Positions 60,436-64,000 of a stretch of DNA of 64,000 nucleotides are shown here, piece after piece. Location: NCBI RefSeq assembly GCF_024972775.1, contig NZ_CP092282.1, positions 3,747,525 to 3,811,524 on the forward strand, read 5' to 3'. Position 1 is the stretch's first letter. Each line of letters opens with the position of its first letter. Below the pieces are notes generated by a model that searched no databases, had not been told where the DNA came from, and saw only the letters and a list, made by a program, of their open reading frames with translations. The stretch comes from Dehalobacter sp. DCM. Lineage in GTDB: Bacteria; Bacillota; Desulfitobacteriia; Desulfitobacteriales; Syntrophobotulaceae. A program made the translations under genes and the position numbers.

Positions 60436-61248
60436 ATGGATAACGAGAGGTTTCAAGAACGCGTATTAGAGCAACTTGGTTCTCTTGGAAATAAAATGGA
60501 TCGAATGGAAACACGCCAAGAGAGTCTGGAAGTCAGACAGGACCGATTTGAAGACGTCTTGATGGATCTTCGTACCGGACAGCAGGAACTTCGTACTGAT
60601 GTAAAGGAACTTCAGACCAACGTCCGGGAACTTCAGACTGACGTACAGGAACTTAAGACCGACGTCCGGGAACTTCAGACTGACGTACAGGAACTTAAGA
60701 CCGATGTCCGGGAACTTCAGACTGATGTACAGGAACTTAAGACCGACGTCCGGGAACTTCAGACTGATGTACAGGAACTTAAGACCGACGTCCGGGAACT
60801 TCAGACTGATGTCCAGGAACTTAAGACCGACGTCCGGGAACTTCAGACTGACGTACAGGAACTTAAGACCGACGTCCGGGAACTTCAGACCGATGTCCAG
60901 GAACTTCGTACCGGACAGCAGGAACTCCGTACCGGACAGCAGGAACTCCGTACTGATGTTCAGGTACTTCAAACCAACGTCCGGGAACTTCAGACCGACG
61001 TACGAGACCTTAAATATGGCCAGAAACAAATATGGAACTGCATCGAAACGATTGCTATTAACCAGGAAAACATGCAGCAGGACATAACTACGATGAAAAC
61101 TGACCTCCGGAGTGTCATTCAAAGTCAAGCCCGTGTGGAACATATCCTGACCGGAAAGGTTAAATCTTTATACGATTTTCGGGAATGCCAGATTGAGACA
61201 AATGAGAAAGTCGCCGCCAGACTTGACCGGCTGGAAGCAAAATGCTGA
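60436..61248 (+). CDS. coiled-coil protein built from 14-aa tandem repeats (DVRELQTDVQELKT)
   Basis: Start at MDNERF follows GGAGG. Central region of about 11 heptad-pair repeats; no TM. Confidence 0.7.
   Translation: MDNERFQERVLEQLGSLGNKMDRMETRQESLEVRQDRFEDVLMDLRTGQQELRTDVKELQTNVRELQTDVQELKTDVRELQTDVQELKTDVRELQTDVQELKTDVRELQTDVQELKTDVRELQTDVQELKTDVRELQTDVQELKTDVRELQTDVQELRTGQQELRTGQQELRTDVQVLQTNVRELQTDVRDLKYGQKQIWNCIETIAINQENMQQDITTMKTDLRSVIQSQARVEHILTGKVKSLYDFRECQIETNEKVAARLDRLEAKC
60628..60879 (+). repeat. six near-identical 42-nt direct tandem repeats inside the coiled-coil gene
   Basis: The unit gaacttcagactgacgtacaggaacttaagaccgacgtccgg is repeated head-to-tail with 0-2 mismatches per copy; diverged copies flank it across ~60590-61010. 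Confidence 0.85.
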
Positions 61249-61370
61249 AGTACTTGGTAGGGCCGTACATACATAGTATATACGGCCCCTTTCTCTGTTA
61301 CAATGATATATAATCACGATGTGAATTCAATCGCAGGAAAAAAAAGCAAGTCTTCGTCCCTCTTGTCCCC

Positions 61371-62966
61371 TTATGGGAATATCGCGGTGATGACGCCTGA
61401 CCCGGCCGCATTGCTCGCAGTTGCTCCCGGTACGCTGAAATAGTTCTCACTGACACTATCGAGCGTGTACCCTTCTTTCGGGAATAACGTGACCGTCGCG
61501 GTGTATTGCTGGCCTTCCACAAAGGGATCATCTGCCGGCGTCCACATAATGGCCCCCGTATATTGCTCTGTTTCAGTTATCGTCGTGGCTGGTACCGCAC
61601 CGGGCGTTGGCGGTGTTACTCCTGCGATGACGCCGATATCGATGGGCAAAGCTTCCGGCAGAGCCGGTTCTGAAGCCGGGAATACCGCCGTAATGATGCC
61701 GGAATTCGCTGCATTTTGGGTTGTTGCGCCAGGTACTTTAAAGAAGTTGGCTGCGATCCCTTTCAGAGTGTACCCCGTTTTGGGAACTAAGGTGATGGTT
61801 GCGGTATATTCCGTACCTGCCACATACGTACTGTCCGCCGGTGACCATGTCACGGTGCCTGTGTATTCTTCGGAATAAATCGATGTTACAGGTATAGCTC
61901 CCGGTTCCGGTATGGTTACGCCGAGTATTTCCGGCATGGTGATAACGGTCTGCGTTGTTGGTGTTGTCATATGCGCTTTGACATCGGGATCCATAGAGGT
62001 TATTACCGAGGTGTCCCAAACCTTATCGGTGGTTTTCCCCAGAAGAAGATTCTGGGCGACTTCTTTCGCTGCCTCGCGGTTGACCTCCCAGTAGCTTAAC
62101 CCGTCAAGATTAACGGCATCGCCGGGCAGTGTCTGCGTAACAATCGTTGCTTCTTCGAATGACTTGGCCGCTCCGGCCAGCCTTGTCATATCTTTAAAAG
62201 TTAAGTCTGTCTCTACAGCCTCCAATAATTGCGGAATCAGCTTAGGCAATTTCAGGACCGTCGCGGGCTTTAGCATTTCTTTTGCTACCGCGGTCAATAC
62301 TTTCTGCTGTCGTGCAGTCCTTCCGATATCGGCAGTCGCGTCGTGTCGGAAGCGCGCGTATTGGAGAGCCTTCGTCCCGTTTAATTCTTGTACGCCGGCC
62401 TTCAGATCAATAACTCCGTCCTGCTTATCCCCGGTCTCGTAATACATATCTTTTTCGACATCAATGGTTATTCCGCCCAGAGTATCAATGATGTCCTTAA
62501 AGCCGTCAAAATTCGTCAGAAGATAGCCATTCAGTTTGATGCCCGTCAACTCCGTGACTTGTTTTTTAAGTTCGTCAATATCCCTGAGCATAGGAACCGC
62601 GTTGATCTTGCAATAGCTGTCCGAGCCCGATAGTGTCACGCGGGTATCGCGGGGAATTGACAGCAGAGAAATAATTTTTGTTTCCGGATCGAAGCTGGCA
62701 ACAATGATGGAGTCCGAATTAAATGATGTCGCCCCGGGCCGTTTATCAGCCCCGATCAAAAGAAAACTGACCCGTTTATTCAACGTATCCCCGCCGGGAA
62801 GGGTGTCGCTGCGGAGATAAAACGTCGCAAACGCTGCTGACCCGAGAAGTACCCCAACGATTACCAGTGCTATGATTATGAAAGTTCTTTTCACTTTGCT
62901 TTTCTTTTTTGGTCTCTTGGTTCTACTATCTTTGTTTGTTGCATTCGTGGATACCATTATATTCAC
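61371..62966 (-). CDS. LCP (LytR-CpsA-Psr) family protein with duplicated C-terminal ~90-aa domain
   Basis: N-terminal TM. LCP core (LLIGADKRPGATSFNSDSIIVASFDPETKIISLLSIPRDT). Two C-terminal repeats ending ...GYTL...PGAT..NAA.SG.ITA.FP. GTG start with AGGAG 6 nt upstream. Confidence 0.8.
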   Translation of the reverse strand: MNIMVSTNATNKDSRTKRPKKKSKVKRTFIIIALVIVGVLLGSAAFATFYLRSDTLPGGDTLNKRVSFLLIGADKRPGATSFNSDSIIVASFDPETKIISLLSIPRDTRVTLSGSDSYCKINAVPMLRDIDELKKQVTELTGIKLNGYLLTNFDGFKDIIDTLGGITIDVEKDMYYETGDKQDGVIDLKAGVQELNGTKALQYARFRHDATADIGRTARQQKVLTAVAKEMLKPATVLKLPKLIPQLLEAVETDLTFKDMTRLAGAAKSFEEATIVTQTLPGDAVNLDGLSYWEVNREAAKEVAQNLLLGKTTDKVWDTSVITSMDPDVKAHMTTPTTQTVITMPEILGVTIPEPGAIPVTSIYSEEYTGTVTWSPADSTYVAGTEYTATITLVPKTGYTLKGIAANFFKVPGATTQNAANSGIITAVFPASEPALPEALPIDIGVIAGVTPPTPGAVPATTITETEQYTGAIMWTPADDPFVEGQQYTATVTLFPKEGYTLDSVSENYFSVPGATASNAAGSGVITAIFP

Positions 62967-63152
62967 CCCATTCTCCTTTTGAACATTAAAACCATACCAC
63001 TTCTCCGTGTGGGTATCAAGACTATTTTTATTTTTTATATGATACCTGTATCCATCTTCATTGCAAAAAAAGACCAGTACGGAATAACCGACTGGTCCAA
63101 GATAACTTTCAATCTATTAAAAATGTTCTGCTCATACTTGTTAAAAAAGCAA

Positions 63153-64000
63153 CTACAGTTCAGCAGCTAACTTATCTAAGCGAGCGGATAAACTGGCCAA
63201 CTCCTCAATACTGGCATTGACCTCCTGACTCGCTGCTGCCGTTTCTCCTATGGCGTGTAGTACCTCCTTGGAGGATCCGGTGGTTACCCCGACAGAGCGT
63301 TGGATTTCATTAGTAAGCTCGCTGATTTTGACTACTGTTTTCCGGGATTCTTCGGATAACTTTCTGATTTCATCCGCAACGACTCCAAATCCCTTTCCCG
63401 AATTTCCTGCTCTGGCTGCCTCAATGGCGGCATTGAGACCGAGCATGTTGGTCTGTTCCGCAATCTCTTTGATAAAGGTCATAACTTTGTCGATGTTGTC
63501 GGTTAATTTTTTTACGTTCTGCACTTCGGTATGCAAATGAGTTTGGCTTCGATTGATTTCAGTGGCGGATGCTGTGATTTCTTGCATGGCCGCTGAGACG
63601 CCTGCCAGACCATCACCCAGTTTTCGCGACATTTCTTTCAGATCGGTTGCCAGCTGACGGGGAAGAACTAAGCCCAACGCGGCAATAGCCTCGCCCGAGT
63701 CTTCATCGATCATCGGTGTACAGGTGAGTGAACAGGGAATTCCAAAATAGGATGGATCAATATCGGCTACCACTTCTTTGCCGGTTCTAACCGCTTCCAG
63801 GGCTATTTCATCGGCTTGCTCGCCGATCTTTATATTCTGAACATCAAACTTTTGGGAGCCTTGTTTGTGCCGGTATACTTGCTTATCATTGATAAATAAC
63901 ACGCCCCCCTCGGGCAGAAGGTTGGTCAGAATAGGCGCGTAATATTTGAATGAACTGGCTAAAGGGTGCCTGCGCGGTAAAGCAAAAGCCCAGCTTCCGA
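63153..64000 (-). CDS. methyl-accepting chemotaxis protein (C-terminal signalling domain; gene continues beyond window end)
   Basis: MCP signalling hairpin ([33 protein letters not shown]). The reading frame stays open from 63902 to 64000 on the minus strand, so the real start lies outside the window. Confidence 0.75.
   Translation of the reverse strand, partial: GSWAFALPRRHPLASSFKYYAPILTNLLPEGGVLFINDKQVYRHKQGSQKFDVQNIKIGEQADEIALEAVRTGKEVVADIDPSYFGIPCSLTCTPMIDEDSGEAIAALGLVLPRQLATDLKEMSRKLGDGLAGVSAAMQEITASATEINRSQTHLHTEVQNVKKLTDNIDKVMTFIKEIAEQTNMLGLNAAIEAARAGNSGKGFGVVADEIRKLSEESRKTVVKISELTNEIQRSVGVTTGSSKEVLHAIGETAAASQEVNASIEELASLSARLDKLAAEL

Noticed and set aside
60628-60879. Regular direct repeats that could be mistaken for a CRISPR array
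   Set aside because: Repeats are 42 nt head-to-tail with no spacers, in frame within a coding sequence (coiled-coil heptads), and there are no cas genes.

Overview
The window looks like chromosomal DNA from an anaerobic, spore-forming Firmicute (Clostridia-like), judged from gene content: SpoVA-family paralogs, two sigma-54 activators, an [FeFe]-hydrogenase-like gene and an xpaC/yaaN-like pair. About 85% of it is coding, with no transposase or integrase and no CRISPR array. All calls below rest on reading the supplied ORF translations and the nucleotide sequence by eye; no database search was possible.

Main blocks, in order:
- 1-2.2 kb: a partial FAD-dependent oxidoreductase running off the left edge, then a PucR-family regulator.
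- 2.2-3.7 kb: an APC amino-acid permease.
- 4.0-10.8 kb: a long minus-strand operon encoding an ECF-type importer (S-like component, fused A1A2 ATPase, T component). It also carries a lipoprotein metallophosphoesterase and two further lipoproteins; four of these proteins share a sulfite-oxidase/YedY-like beta-domain.
- 11-13.5 kb: a THEP1-like NTPase and a 673-aa MFS transporter.
- 13.5-19 kb: a FecBCD-type ABC importer with an Ig-like anchored protein, an AAA ATPase and a TiaS-like hypothetical.
- 19.5-23.7 kb: PadR plus a DUF2812 protein, a DUF1232 protein, and cca.
- 23.6-24.6 kb: a graveyard of decayed gene fragments (rtcB-like, cca/HD-like, and a truncated nucleotidyltransferase).
- 24.6-30.1 kb: an operon behind a textbook sigma-54 promoter. 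It encodes a cytoplasmic molybdopterin oxidoreductase, a 4Fe-4S subunit and SpoVAC/SpoVAEb-family membrane proteins, followed by its probable AcoR-like activator.
- 30.1-35.3 kb: rtcB, a cytoplasmic SPFH protein and two tandem HTH-WYL regulators (PafBC-like), with a tRNA-like T-arm motif in the intergenic spacer.
- 35.4-39.5 kb: a glyoxalase, a YitT-family protein, a sigma-54 activator whose sensor domain is replaced by a zinc ribbon, and a CPBP protease.
- 39.9-43.6 kb: an XpaC-like / PBP-vWA / TelA-like triad.
- 43.9-47 kb: selO and a monomeric [FeFe]-hydrogenase-like protein.
- 47-48.7 kb: a yvl-like envelope-stress cassette.
- 49-64 kb: a URO-D-family protein, a glycosyltransferase, two GGDEF cyclases flanking an ABC-2 exporter, a DUF2334-FG-GAP protein, an EFR1-type ferredoxin, idi, a coiled-coil protein built from six identical 42-nt tandem repeats, an LCP-family protein, and a methyl-accepting chemotaxis protein running off the right edge.

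The most interesting candidates are the ECF importer with its YedY-like domains, the sigma-54 molybdoenzyme with SpoVA paralogs, the RtcB/SPFH/WYL module with its tRNA-like element, and the fragment graveyard. All function calls are motif-level and need HMM or structure confirmation.
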